Assembly: GCA_013816135.1 (NCBI GenBank) | Contig: JACDEV010000002.1 | Coordinates: 33,120-97,119 of the forward strand | Reading direction: 5' to 3' | Length of the DNA: 64,000 nucleotides | Origin: Patescibacteria group bacterium | GTDB taxonomy: Bacteria > Patescibacteriota > Minisyncoccia > Phycocordibacterales > DATDWN01 | Shown: in pieces, positions 25,777 through 35,949 of the stretch | How the letters are laid out: every line of letters starts with the position of its first letter | Numbering within the stretch: position 1 is the stretch's first letter | The notes under the pieces: generated by a model | Databases searched by the model: none | Told to the model about the DNA's origin: nothing | The model's input: only the letters and a program-made list of their open reading frames with translations | Position numbers and translations under genes: made by a program

Positions 25777-26943
25777 ATGAACAAAGACGATATACAGCCG
25801 GACCTTAACCCTACCGAATACATCATTTCAAAGGATAATGAGAACACGGTTTTGGAATCTTTGGAAAAGCGCGAGGATGCCGAGGCTATTCGCATAAGGC
25901 GATATCTCGATATGTCCGACCTTTCTAGAAAAGACGGTAGTCCCCTATCTGAAATCATAAAGAGAGTAAAAAACCTACCTCTTATCAAAGGTTTTGACGA
26001 TGTGGTTATTCCAGAGATAGTGCCGGCTGACATAAGCTTTGATTTATTTGACTTTGCCGCAGATCATCCAGCCCGTAGCAAATCTGATACATATTATGCG
26101 GACGATAAAAACATACTCCGAACACATGACACGGTCATGTGGTATTACTATTTAAATCTGCCTGAAATAAAACAAAGAATTGCAGAAAATAAAACACTCG
26201 GCGTTCTTTGTTATGGAAAAGTTTACAGAAAAGATGAGATAGATCGAAAGCATATGAACATCTTCCATCAGATGGGAGGGTTATACTTGGTTCCGGATAA
26301 TAAAGAAGCGTTGACGATTGATGACTTGAAAAATATCTTATCTGAAATAGTTAAAGGGATCTTTGGACCTCAAGTGGAATTCAGATTCCTTTTAGACACT
26401 TTCCCTTACACAGATCCAAGCCTTCAAGTAGAAGTTATGGTAAACGGCGACTGGCTAGAGATATTGGGTGGAGGTATGCCAAAGAAAAGCGTCCTCAAAA
26501 ACTTTGGATTAGAAGGCTACCACGGGTGGGCATTCGGATTCGGTTTAGAAAGACTAGCGATGATCAGCTTAGAGCTTCCAGATATACGCCTACTATGGTC
26601 ACCTGATCCTAGGGTAATAAAACAGCTTAAATTAGGTAATAAGTATGTAGAAGTAAGCAAATATCCGGAAATAACGCGGGATATTTCTTTCATTGTAGAT
26701 AAAGATTTCATGCCAAATAACTACTTCGACTTAATCCGGGATATCGGCGGGGACTTAGTTGAACAGGTAGAGATGCTAGATAAATATGAGAACACAGAAA
26801 AATTCGGTGTAGATAAGATTAGTTACGCCTATAGAATAATTTACAGAAGTAATGATAAAACTTTGCGAAGCGAAGAAGTCGATGCTTTGCACAAAAAAAT
26901 AGAAGAAGAAACTATAAAAGCCTTCGGGGCTTCAGTTCGATAA
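25777..26943 (+). CDS. pheS: single-chain (mitochondrial-type) phenylalanyl-tRNA synthetase: PheS-like class II catalytic domain plus C-terminal FDX-ACB anticodon-binding domain
   Basis: Class II motifs HPARSKSDTYY, FRFLLDTFPYTDPSLQVEV, WLEILGGGM, GWAFGFGLERLAM. The C-terminal ~100 aa (ITRDISFIVDKDF...) match the ferredoxin-fold FDX-ACB module. No pheT gene in the window. Confidence 0.7.
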   Translation: MNKDDIQPDLNPTEYIISKDNENTVLESLEKREDAEAIRIRRYLDMSDLSRKDGSPLSEIIKRVKNLPLIKGFDDVVIPEIVPADISFDLFDFAADHPARSKSDTYYADDKNILRTHDTVMWYYYLNLPEIKQRIAENKTLGVLCYGKVYRKDEIDRKHMNIFHQMGGLYLVPDNKEALTIDDLKNILSEIVKGIFGPQVEFRFLLDTFPYTDPSLQVEVMVNGDWLEILGGGMPKKSVLKNFGLEGYHGWAFGFGLERLAMISLELPDIRLLWSPDPRVIKQLKLGNKYVEVSKYPEITRDISFIVDKDFMPNNYFDLIRDIGGDLVEQVEMLDKYENTEKFGVDKISYAYRIIYRSNDKTLRSEEVDALHKKIEEETIKAFGASVR

Positions 26944-26947
26944 ATAT

Positions 26948-28195
26948 ATGCCAGGTATAAGCAATATAATCACATATGTATTCTTATTTGCTTCCCTCAA
27001 CTTTGAGGTTTTTTTGCTTATCACCTATTTTGAAAACAGATTGGATATAAAAGCAGAGGAAAACATGGTTTCAGAAGGTATTATTGATTATCCTTCTGTA
27101 ACCATCATCGTTCCATGCTGGAATGAAGAATACACTGTTTCAAAAACTATATTTTCCCTTCTTGATTTGAATTATCCGAAAGACAAACTAAAAATAACCA
27201 TAATTGATGATGGTTCTACTGATAACACTTGGCAAAAGATTCAGGAATTCAAAAATCATCCGCAGATTGATATACACACAAAAGTAAATGGAGGAAAACA
27301 TACAGCTTTGAATTATGGTATTTCAAAACTGACAACTGATCTTGTTGGCTGCTTGGATGCTGATTCCTATGTTGATAAAGAAGCATTGATGCAGATAGTT
27401 CCTTATTTCAAGGACAAAGAAACTATGGCTGTAGCCCCATCGGTCAAACTCTGGGAACCAAAGGGACCACTTCAGCTTTTACAAAAAGTAGAATATGGTA
27501 TCGGAATATTTACAAGAAAAATGTTTCACTATATGCAGGCGGTTTATATAACACCTGGACCTTTTTCAATATTTAGAAGAGAAGTATTTGAAAAACTTGG
27601 AGGCTATGAACACGCACACAATACTGAAGATATCGAAATTGCTCTTAGGATGCAAAAGAATGGTTACAAGATAGTCCATGCTCATAATGCTGTGGTTTAT
27701 ACAGTTGCTCCAAGTACAATGAAAAAACTCTTGAAACAGAGAATCCGATGGTCCTATGGTTTTATCCAAAATGCGTCTGACTATAGAGAGATATTCTTTA
27801 ATAAAAAATATGGCAATCTAGGAATGATGGTGTTGCCAATGGCTGGTATTTCTATTATCTCAATTATCAGTTTATCAGCTATCATGGTTTATAATTTACT
27901 TCATTTTGCTTTTAACTTGTACCAAAAAATCCAGACTGTAGGATTTACTTTCCATTTTACAAAATTCAGTTTTGACTGGTTTTACATAAACACTGAGATC
28001 CTGGCTATTATTGGCGTCGTAGCCACACTAGGAACAATAACAATGATTCTTATTTCAAAGAAAATGTCTGAAGGTAAACTACGGTTTGGAATGGATTTGA
28101 TTTATTTCCTAACTTTGTATATGTTTATTGCTCCCTTATGGATAGGAAAGGCTGCTTATAATGCAGTGTTCAAAGTTAAAGCATCATGGCGATAG
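26948..28195 (+). CDS. family 2 glycosyltransferase, membrane-embedded processive type
   Basis: DDGSTD and DAD motifs plus QRIRW (QxxRW). Multiple C-terminal TM helices. Confidence 0.8.
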   Translation: MPGISNIITYVFLFASLNFEVFLLITYFENRLDIKAEENMVSEGIIDYPSVTIIVPCWNEEYTVSKTIFSLLDLNYPKDKLKITIIDDGSTDNTWQKIQEFKNHPQIDIHTKVNGGKHTALNYGISKLTTDLVGCLDADSYVDKEALMQIVPYFKDKETMAVAPSVKLWEPKGPLQLLQKVEYGIGIFTRKMFHYMQAVYITPGPFSIFRREVFEKLGGYEHAHNTEDIEIALRMQKNGYKIVHAHNAVVYTVAPSTMKKLLKQRIRWSYGFIQNASDYREIFFNKKYGNLGMMVLPMAGISIISIISLSAIMVYNLLHFAFNLYQKIQTVGFTFHFTKFSFDWFYINTEILAIIGVVATLGTITMILISKKMSEGKLRFGMDLIYFLTLYMFIAPLWIGKAAYNAVFKVKASWR

Positions 28196-28198
28196 AAG

Positions 28199-28903
28199 AT
28201 GAATAAAGAAGTTCAAACAAAAAAATACTTATACTCATTTCTAATAACTGTGATTATTTTTTCAACAGCTATTTATATCTCACATTATTTCAATCAAAAG
28301 AAGCTAGATGAAATAAGAAGTATACAAGATAAAATCGCTATAGACATACTTTCATCAGAGACACAATTTTCTTTACTTGAAGAATCATCTTGTAAAGATA
28401 TAGGTTCAGGCACTTTATCTTCTGAGTTAGGTAACCTTGAAGACAAGCTTACATATACTACAAATCAACGAGGTTATAATGATCCGGAAGTACTAACTTT
28501 GAAAAGATACTATGCTCTCCTAGAAATCAAAGACTATCTCTTGATGAACAAGATTAGTCAAAAATGTAAAAAAACACCCCTTTCTATAATCTACTTCTAT
28601 TCCAACGATGGGACATGCGAAGACTGTGAAAGAGAAGGATACGTATTGACCAATTTGCGAGAAACTTATCCTGATCTTAGAGTTTATTCCTTTGATTACA
28701 ATGCCGACCTTTCAGCAGTGAAGACTCTCATCTCTATAAACAAGGTCAAAAATGACTTACCAGCTATCTTCGTCAAAGATAAGGCTTACTATGGTTTTCA
28801 AAGTATAGAAGATGTTGAAAAGGCTGTACCAGAACTTTTAGTTCTAAAAGCTCAGATTGAGGCTTCATCAACTACAAAAACAGCTACAACAACAAAGAAG
28901 TAA
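28199..28903 (+). CDS. membrane-anchored hypothetical protein with a CEDC (CxxC) motif, possibly thioredoxin-like
   Basis: N-terminal TM helix. FYSNDGTCEDCE motif. Thr-rich C-terminal tail. Confidence 0.45.
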   Translation: MNKEVQTKKYLYSFLITVIIFSTAIYISHYFNQKKLDEIRSIQDKIAIDILSSETQFSLLEESSCKDIGSGTLSSELGNLEDKLTYTTNQRGYNDPEVLTLKRYYALLEIKDYLLMNKISQKCKKTPLSIIYFYSNDGTCEDCEREGYVLTNLRETYPDLRVYSFDYNADLSAVKTLISINKVKNDLPAIFVKDKAYYGFQSIEDVEKAVPELLVLKAQIEASSTTKTATTTKK

Positions 28904-28904
28904 T

Positions 28905-31900
28905 TTATTTAGTTTTTGTTCTAAGATACTCTTCTAAGTCCTGATCGAATTTATCCATACTTTTTTCGATCAACTCATCAAAATCAGGAACCACATTTGT
29001 GTGCTCGTCTCCAAAGATACTAGCAAGCTCCTGACGCTGAGATTCATTCCCCAGCAGAATTGCTGAGTACATATGCTCTCCGAATCCTCGTTCAGATTCG
29101 TTGACTTGAAGAAAATTAGAAATATTTTTTCCGTTTCCACAGGTGTCCCCTCCATCTCCAACAAAGTAAAAAGCGGATGCATAGTCAGGAAATTCTTCCA
29201 CTTGTTTGTTAAGCTCAGTTGCTGACTTTTTTATTCCTTCCAGCATATTTGTGCCACCATTTGCATTCAGTCCTTTCATTAATCTGACCTTTATAGTTGA
29301 GTTTGTACCGTCACCAAAATCATACCTTTGAGGTGAGTCGTAGTCTTGTTGGAAACCTTTTATTTCGGTTACGGAATCAGAAAAAGTATCAATTGAAAAT
29401 CTTATGTATCCAAACGCATCAGAAATACGACTAAATAGTTCAGAATAAAATACTAAAAGTTTCCTAGCACTTTTTAATTTTTCTCCTGCCATTGATCCTG
29501 AAACATCCACAAGAATAGAAGCCATAAATCTAGGTTTAATCGAAGGACGGATCTCTCGAGGATTCTTAACCATGCCAAAAATTAGATTTCTTGTTCTCAT
29601 TACTGCCCGACGATTAAATGACCCTTGTCGAGTTAACGAGTCTTCATCTAAACCTACTTCCTCTTGCCTTGGCAAGCGTTCTGCAAAATACTTAAACCAC
29701 TTATCAACTAAAATTGAGACTTCTTCTCGTATATCCTCATATTCACTGTATAGTTTATTCTCCTGTTCTACTTCTTTCTGTACTCGATCAAGATCTTCAA
29801 GTTTTTTTTCGTCTAATTCCTTCAATATTTCATCTCTTTTCTTTTCATCCATAAATCCGTCTTCTACCATCTTATCTACCCCCTCTCTTATCTTATCTTT
29901 CATCTGATCTTCTTTAGCTTCAATCTTATCTTGAAGTTCTTTCTTCATATCATCAAAAATTTCAGCTTCTTCAATCTCTTTTTTCAAATCAGCGAGCTCT
30001 TTGAATTTTTCTGCCTTCTCCATATTTTCATCGAGTCTCTTTTTTTGCTCCCCCATCTTATCCATTGTGTCTTTTGCTTCCTGAAGCTCTGACTCTGACT
30101 GTTCCATTTCTTTGTCTGTTGCATCAGGCATCTGATCTGTCGGGCTTTCCGATTTTCCTTCACCTTTTTCTTTCCCAGGTTTTTTACTTTTCTTTCCTTC
30201 TTTATCACCTTTTTTACTTTCTTTGTCTTGAGGACCTTCTACACCTCCGTCCTCAGCTTCCTCGGAAGATTCGTTGTTTTTTTCTTTATCTTTATCCTTC
30301 TTGTCCTTTTTATCCTCAGGTTTAGGATTCGGTGTAGCATCAAAACGTCTCCAACTATTTCCATCCCATATTTCTGACCAGGCATGGCCAGTACTTTGGG
30401 TAATAGATGATTTTCCTTCCTTAGAACCTTGGACTTTATGTCCTATAATTAGTCGAGCTGGTACTCCTGCCTTACGAACCATCGCAATGAATTTGGTATT
30501 TGCAGAATAACACTCTAGATATTCAGAGCTATCTAAGTTTTGAATATAATTATCACCAGTAGAATCTTTTCGCAATTTATATTGTAAAGCTTGGGCCATT
30601 TGTAAATCTCCACCTCCAGGATAAAAGTGATTGGCAAGTATGTGCTGACGAGCTTGTTCTGCTTTTTGAATTGAATTACCCATCATGCGAGAAATTACTA
30701 CTTCAGTTTTCGCAGATAAAGTACCTTTATAAAGTGAAGTGGAGTCTTCAATAATTGGAGAATTGATAAATGCATTCTCTTCTTTTTGAAAGCTAATTGA
30801 AAATTTAACAGGAGCATTTGCCTTTATATAAAAACATCCATTTTGATCACGAGAAATTTCAGGTTTATCACCTCCTTCATATGTAAGTGATGAAATATCC
30901 AAAGCGTAACTATTTGGTATTGGTAGGGATTTTAAACCCTTATCTAAAATTCCTGAAATAGTAGAGTGATCAAGATTCTTACTTGACTCATTATATAAAG
31001 TAAGTTGTTTCTTCTTGCTCCAAGTCTTTGTCTCCTTATCATAATAGCTTTTCCTTCCACTTATATAATATCCACCTAAAGCTGGTTCAATCTCAAAAAT
31101 AGGCGTTGCTTCCATTTTTTCTTTTGATTCATTACCTTGTGCTGGTGGAGGAGTATGATATTCATCCTGATCATCTTCAGGAATAGCTGGATCTTCGGGT
31201 GCTCCCGGTGGCACAGCTTCCTGTTTGAATTCTTCAAGTTCTTTTTCAAGTTCCTTCATACTGTCACTTGAATCGTTACTTTGTGTTTCTTTTTGGATAG
31301 TTTTTAATTCATCACGGACTGTTTCTGTTAATTTCTTATATCCTTCTTCATTGCCATTCTGAACATATTCGTTGTAAGAATTATTTAGGTTTTCGAATAA
31401 AGCACGTTCGTCTCCTGAGAGCTGAGAAATTGCTGCATCTCTTTCTTCAGATGAAACAAGCTTCATTTCTTCTGATAACCAGTTCATTTTTAAGGCTTTT
31501 AAAACTTTTTCTGATCTAGAAAAATCATTTATTTTCTCAATAGTGTCTTTTGCTTCATTCTCCAACGTATTAATTATTTGTTTTTGTCCTGTATATCCAT
31601 AAGAATCATAAACTTTTTTTTGGATTCTAGATTTTGTTATATGGCTATATAAATTATCGAGCTCCTCGAGTGGAATATCCTTTCCTCTCATACTTTCTAC
31701 AAACTTAGCAAACCTTGGATAATCATAATGTGCAACAAAAGCCGTAGTGTCACGAATACGTGCTGAAACTTTTTCCAATCCTTCTTTTTCTATATCTTCA
31801 GCATTGTATATAAGGGCATCTGGAGTTATGTCGTGAGCTACTTCTTCAGCCGAAAGATTTCCATCCAATAGACCTTGAAGTTTCTCGGCGCGAGAGGCCT

Positions 31901-32057
31901 TATCAACTGGGTGATGTAATGCCCATTCCTTACCCGGTAAAACTTTTATATTTCCTTCTGCTGAACTTTCAGCCAAAAAAATCATCTCACGGCTGAATTT
32001 TGAATTCTTTACATGCTGTGGCTGAAACATTCCACCGAATTTATCTAATCCTTTCAT
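28905..32057 (-). CDS. multidomain protein: transglutaminase-like Cys-peptidase core, K/E/D-rich coiled-coil linker, C-terminal vWA (MIDAS) domain
   Basis: TGase-like core CYSANTKFIAMVRKAGVPARLIIG...GHAWSEIWDGNSWRRFDAT (C/H/D triad). ~250 aa of charged low-complexity coiled coil. vWA MIDAS motif ILVDVSGSMAG plus GGTNM and GDGGDT. Confidence 0.8.
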   Translation of the reverse strand: MKGLDKFGGMFQPQHVKNSKFSREMIFLAESSAEGNIKVLPGKEWALHHPVDKASRAEKLQGLLDGNLSAEEVAHDITPDALIYNAEDIEKEGLEKVSARIRDTTAFVAHYDYPRFAKFVESMRGKDIPLEELDNLYSHITKSRIQKKVYDSYGYTGQKQIINTLENEAKDTIEKINDFSRSEKVLKALKMNWLSEEMKLVSSEERDAAISQLSGDERALFENLNNSYNEYVQNGNEEGYKKLTETVRDELKTIQKETQSNDSSDSMKELEKELEEFKQEAVPPGAPEDPAIPEDDQDEYHTPPPAQGNESKEKMEATPIFEIEPALGGYYISGRKSYYDKETKTWSKKKQLTLYNESSKNLDHSTISGILDKGLKSLPIPNSYALDISSLTYEGGDKPEISRDQNGCFYIKANAPVKFSISFQKEENAFINSPIIEDSTSLYKGTLSAKTEVVISRMMGNSIQKAEQARQHILANHFYPGGGDLQMAQALQYKLRKDSTGDNYIQNLDSSEYLECYSANTKFIAMVRKAGVPARLIIGHKVQGSKEGKSSITQSTGHAWSEIWDGNSWRRFDATPNPKPEDKKDKKDKDKEKNNESSEEAEDGGVEGPQDKESKKGDKEGKKSKKPGKEKGEGKSESPTDQMPDATDKEMEQSESELQEAKDTMDKMGEQKKRLDENMEKAEKFKELADLKKEIEEAEIFDDMKKELQDKIEAKEDQMKDKIREGVDKMVEDGFMDEKKRDEILKELDEKKLEDLDRVQKEVEQENKLYSEYEDIREEVSILVDKWFKYFAERLPRQEEVGLDEDSLTRQGSFNRRAVMRTRNLIFGMVKNPREIRPSIKPRFMASILVDVSGSMAGEKLKSARKLLVFYSELFSRISDAFGYIRFSIDTFSDSVTEIKGFQQDYDSPQRYDFGDGTNSTIKVRLMKGLNANGGTNMLEGIKKSATELNKQVEEFPDYASAFYFVGDGGDTCGNGKNISNFLQVNESERGFGEHMYSAILLGNESQRQELASIFGDEHTNVVPDFDELIEKSMDKFDQDLEEYLRTKTK

Positions 32058-32061
32058 ATTA

Positions 32062-35000
32062 TTATGCCCTTACACGCTTTTTTGAAGTCCAAGTATTCAT
32101 TACTGTTCGAATTCTCTCCTGATCTTCTTTTTTATCTATATGAGTCAAGAAATACTTATCTAAGAGATTCCTAGCTACAGTTTCAGGATTTGCAGTAGCT
32201 TTCTCTTCTGGAGTCATCTTGCTAAGGGAGTATGCACAGCGTCGCAATTCACGACTAGTGATTGGCTGTGTAACAGGCAAAGCATTTCTTGATTCTCTAG
32301 TTTTTTCAAAAACTTTAATAAAGTCTGCTCTTAAATTATTGGAAAATTGGACTAATGCCAAAGAAGCATCCAAATCGAACTTTTGTGTACTTGTAGGGTC
32401 TTGAGCACCGTTCTCTATGCCATTTACATATCTATCCCAAAGTTTTACAAATTCGTTGCGCTCTAAGCTAGCCTCATATGTCAGATCTTCCAGCGAATCT
32501 ATACCTCTTGCCAACCGTAAAGCTTCCGATGCGTCATAAGGCAAATTCGGATTATTATCACCAGTATCTGGATTTCGTTTTAAAGGCGGATAATCTATTT
32601 CCATTTCTACCATACGGCTTCTGGTAGCAAGCTGAGGATCAAATGTTCCAGGATATCCAGGATTCATTGAACCGATCAAAATAACACTAGGTAATGCTTT
32701 TATTGTTTTTCCTGAGCTAGTCTTCAAAGTCAGTGAGCGCTTTTCATCCATAAGAGAATGTAGGAAGATCTGAGCCTGTTCCGGCATAGCATTCAATTCA
32801 TTAAAATAAACTATAGCCCCAGGAGTAGTAATTCCATTAAGTACGGCAGATGGCACCTTCACAGTTTGTGAAGCCCCATCCTTTGATTCGAGCATAACAT
32901 CTTCAGATAATTCAAATTCGGTGGTCCATTTTGAACAATCAATTCCAAAATACGGACGATGTGTTAAAGAAGAAAACATCTTTATCCTAACATCTTTTCC
33001 AGTGCCGGCATGGCCTTTCAAGTTTAAAAGATCTGCTTGCAAATCTAATTGCATCTTCAAAGCTTCTGCCATTTTTTCCAAATCCTTTTCTGTTTGGCTG
33101 TCTATAACCCAATGACTCTGCCATTCAGGAACATAACCTTTGCCGTTAGTATATCCTACTTCAGGCTCAGTTTTTACCTCGTCTATTCGTCTCAAAATTG
33201 AAATATTATGTTCCGCAGCAAAAGCTGAATATTCTTTTAATTTTTCTTTATATTCGTTTTGCCATACAACATCTAGTTCTGGTATTCTTTCACTTTTTTT
33301 TGGCCTTCGAGAATAAGTTTCCTTCAAAGCTTCTCTTTTCTTCTCAAATTCTGTCCTCAAAGGAGATTTTTCTCCTTGTGACCAGTCTGTATATTCTTTC
33401 CTTATATTTTTAAATTCTTTTGCACTCAAATATGATGGTGGAATAGACTCTCCTCGATAAGAAAGCAGTCCTAGTCTCCATTCATTTTCTTGTTCCCAAC
33501 CTTCATATAAACGAACATGTTCAACCTTGCCTGTAGACGTTTTAATTGATAGTGAAATATCGCCATAAATATCTGTAGCTTTGACACCTGGGCCGTGACT
33601 TCTCTCATCTTCTTCGAAAGTGACATCTACTTTACGTTCTACTTTTTCCTTTACTTTGGCTTCCCATTTTGGGAAAGGAGTTTTTCCAAACAAAATCATT
33701 TGCTGTCCTGTTTCTGCTACTTTTGTCATTGCCCCTCTTTCAATTTCGGTCAATGCATTGGAAATTCTTACTTTTAAACCTTTTTCTAATTCTTTTGCAA
33801 CATCAGGATTATCATTTGAAAGGCCCTTTATTTCTATTTCCAAAGTTTTTTTAGCTTCACTAGAAGAAAGGTACTGTTCAGCATCTTTTCTGCTAGTAAA
33901 TCCTTTTGTTCGCAATCTATCAATTAAACCGTCTGCATCTTGAGAAAGTACATCTACAGTCGTTCCTATTCTTTCAGAAGCTTTTTCTCTGACTTTTGCA
34001 TATTCTAATTTAAACTTTTCTTCATTTGTCGCTGCAATATGTTGTAATTCATTTCGAGCAGAGATTATGGCTTTGTATGCTTCATCAGCTTCCAGAGGAA
34101 CATCTTTTAGTAAGGAACCTAGTCTGGATTTTAATTGTGGATATCGGAATTCCAACCAATCATCCATCTGTGATTTGCTGGTAAAAGCTTCAATATCTAC
34201 CCTCGTTCTTTCTATCATTCCTGCTATATCTTTTGTGATCTCTCCACCACGTTGCCGAAAAAGTTCCAAAGACTTTTGTTCAAGTTCAGTCGATAATTCG
34301 CTCACTTCTTCACGTAAGTTATTTTCAAGAAGAGCTTCGACTGCCCTGACCTTGGTCATCATAGCTCTGGCTTCCCCCACAGAAGAAATAGTGAGTCCGC
34401 TGATAAGATTTGCTCGCACTGAAGTTAAAGCCTCTTGTGCAACTTTGAGTGCAAATTCTTTTTCTTTAGAGACAATAGGTTCTTCTAAACCTTCTATAAT
34501 GTAATCAATTTCATTTTGTTTAAGACCTTGTCTTACAAGAACACCTTTGAGTTTTTCAAATCCTTGCCTAACACGAAGTGCATCTTCTTCAGTTGTCATC
34601 TTCGAAATCACCTCACTAATCTGTTCTTTATATTTTATACGCAATGGATCCAGGTGTTCCAAGCTCTCTCCAGTTTTGGCAACCTTCTTTAAAGCTTCTG
34701 CTTCAAAAAGATCTCCAATAGAAACACCTTCTGCGATTTTGGCCACACGTCTTTTCTCCAGCTCTTCTTCAAAATCAGCAAAATTAGGTTCCAATATGAC
34801 CAAGAAACCATCTTTATTGATAGCTCTGATTCTTCCAGTAGAATCAAAATTAACCTGAGTTAGTCCTGGAACTCTCTTAACTTCTTCGAGCGTATCTTTA
34901 GTAATTACAACTAGATCTTCTTTTGAATAAAAAAAGAAAAAATTACCTGTAGGATCTATCTGAAGATTACTTATACTTTCATATTTTTTTGGGAATAGAA

Positions 35001-35949
35001 CTGAAACTGGACTCCATATAGAGGTATCTTGACTCATATCTAATTTAAATACTTCACTAGGATTATTATTTCTACAATAAAATATTGTATTAGGATTTTT
35101 CGGATCCTTTACAATATTATTCTTTATTCCCGAAATATTATCAAAAAAGAGTGGCTTTTCATTTATTTTATTCTTATCTACAATATTTATACCAATATCA
35201 GTAATTAAAACTCCATATTTCTCATGTGAAATATCGCAATATTCCCCGGGCAATCCTTCAAAAGTTTCAATGTATTTCTGCAGGTCTTCTGGAACAACTT
35301 CAGAGTTAGGGTCTATTCTTTTCCAGTTTCGAGGAGCTTGAATAACTCCTGCGGCATTCTCAGTAATGTAGGATATAAATAGATTTTTACCTTTATTACC
35401 AAAAACAATATATTTACCACCATTAAGGATGTGAGCTGAAGGTTCACTAAGTAGAAGGTGTTCTTTTTGATGAAAGTTAGCTATTGGAAAACACCAGTCA
35501 TTACTATGTCTTTTTATAATATCTCCTCCTTTTTTATGTAAAAATGGTGGTAAATCCTTTAAATTGAGTACCATTGAATGTACTTGACTATCATTTCCTA
35601 AGTGAGTTTTTCTTTTGTCTTGAACTATTTTTTTTATATCAATGTCTACATTGGTTTTATTCAATGAATCACTGAAATCCTTAACTTCTTCACCTTTATC
35701 ATCATAAATAGTTATTTTATCTGAATTTTCCAAAACGACTATTGTATAGTCATTCCATGGTAAGATATTTTCAATTTTTTGTGATCTTCCACCTTCTTTA
35801 TTGATCGGTTTTTCAGATCTTCTTATCTCCTTAAGCTCTAGTTCTGCTAATGCCTCATTATCCTTTGGAGCTGATGATTGTTGTGGAACTGGAACATCAC
35901 TATGGGCCGGAATTCCTGACATTGCTCCTTCACGATTAAAAATAGACAT
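32062..35949 (-). CDS. giant (1295 aa) protein with a C-terminal MoxR-like/AAA_5-type AAA+ ATPase domain
   Basis: Walker A LKGHAGTGKD (~33000), Walker B IVYFNELNAM, sensor-1/Arg-finger region ILIGSMNPGYPGTFDPQLATRSRM. The N-terminal ~900 aa are unassigned (possible beta-rich repeats then long helical region). 2 nt separate it from the downstream vWA gene. Confidence 0.75.
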   Translation of the reverse strand: MSIFNREGAMSGIPAHSDVPVPQQSSAPKDNEALAELELKEIRRSEKPINKEGGRSQKIENILPWNDYTIVVLENSDKITIYDDKGEEVKDFSDSLNKTNVDIDIKKIVQDKRKTHLGNDSQVHSMVLNLKDLPPFLHKKGGDIIKRHSNDWCFPIANFHQKEHLLLSEPSAHILNGGKYIVFGNKGKNLFISYITENAAGVIQAPRNWKRIDPNSEVVPEDLQKYIETFEGLPGEYCDISHEKYGVLITDIGINIVDKNKINEKPLFFDNISGIKNNIVKDPKNPNTIFYCRNNNPSEVFKLDMSQDTSIWSPVSVLFPKKYESISNLQIDPTGNFFFFYSKEDLVVITKDTLEEVKRVPGLTQVNFDSTGRIRAINKDGFLVILEPNFADFEEELEKRRVAKIAEGVSIGDLFEAEALKKVAKTGESLEHLDPLRIKYKEQISEVISKMTTEEDALRVRQGFEKLKGVLVRQGLKQNEIDYIIEGLEEPIVSKEKEFALKVAQEALTSVRANLISGLTISSVGEARAMMTKVRAVEALLENNLREEVSELSTELEQKSLELFRQRGGEITKDIAGMIERTRVDIEAFTSKSQMDDWLEFRYPQLKSRLGSLLKDVPLEADEAYKAIISARNELQHIAATNEEKFKLEYAKVREKASERIGTTVDVLSQDADGLIDRLRTKGFTSRKDAEQYLSSSEAKKTLEIEIKGLSNDNPDVAKELEKGLKVRISNALTEIERGAMTKVAETGQQMILFGKTPFPKWEAKVKEKVERKVDVTFEEDERSHGPGVKATDIYGDISLSIKTSTGKVEHVRLYEGWEQENEWRLGLLSYRGESIPPSYLSAKEFKNIRKEYTDWSQGEKSPLRTEFEKKREALKETYSRRPKKSERIPELDVVWQNEYKEKLKEYSAFAAEHNISILRRIDEVKTEPEVGYTNGKGYVPEWQSHWVIDSQTEKDLEKMAEALKMQLDLQADLLNLKGHAGTGKDVRIKMFSSLTHRPYFGIDCSKWTTEFELSEDVMLESKDGASQTVKVPSAVLNGITTPGAIVYFNELNAMPEQAQIFLHSLMDEKRSLTLKTSSGKTIKALPSVILIGSMNPGYPGTFDPQLATRSRMVEMEIDYPPLKRNPDTGDNNPNLPYDASEALRLARGIDSLEDLTYEASLERNEFVKLWDRYVNGIENGAQDPTSTQKFDLDASLALVQFSNNLRADFIKVFEKTRESRNALPVTQPITSRELRRCAYSLSKMTPEEKATANPETVARNLLDKYFLTHIDKKEDQERIRTVMNTWTSKKRVRA

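Noticed and set aside
29572-30510. Plus-strand ORFs inside the TGase-vWA gene
   Set aside because: Antisense to the K/E/D-rich linker. Low-complexity translations.
32219-34858. Several plus-strand ORFs inside the giant AAA+ gene
   Set aside because: All are antisense shadows within a continuous 1295-codon minus-strand frame.
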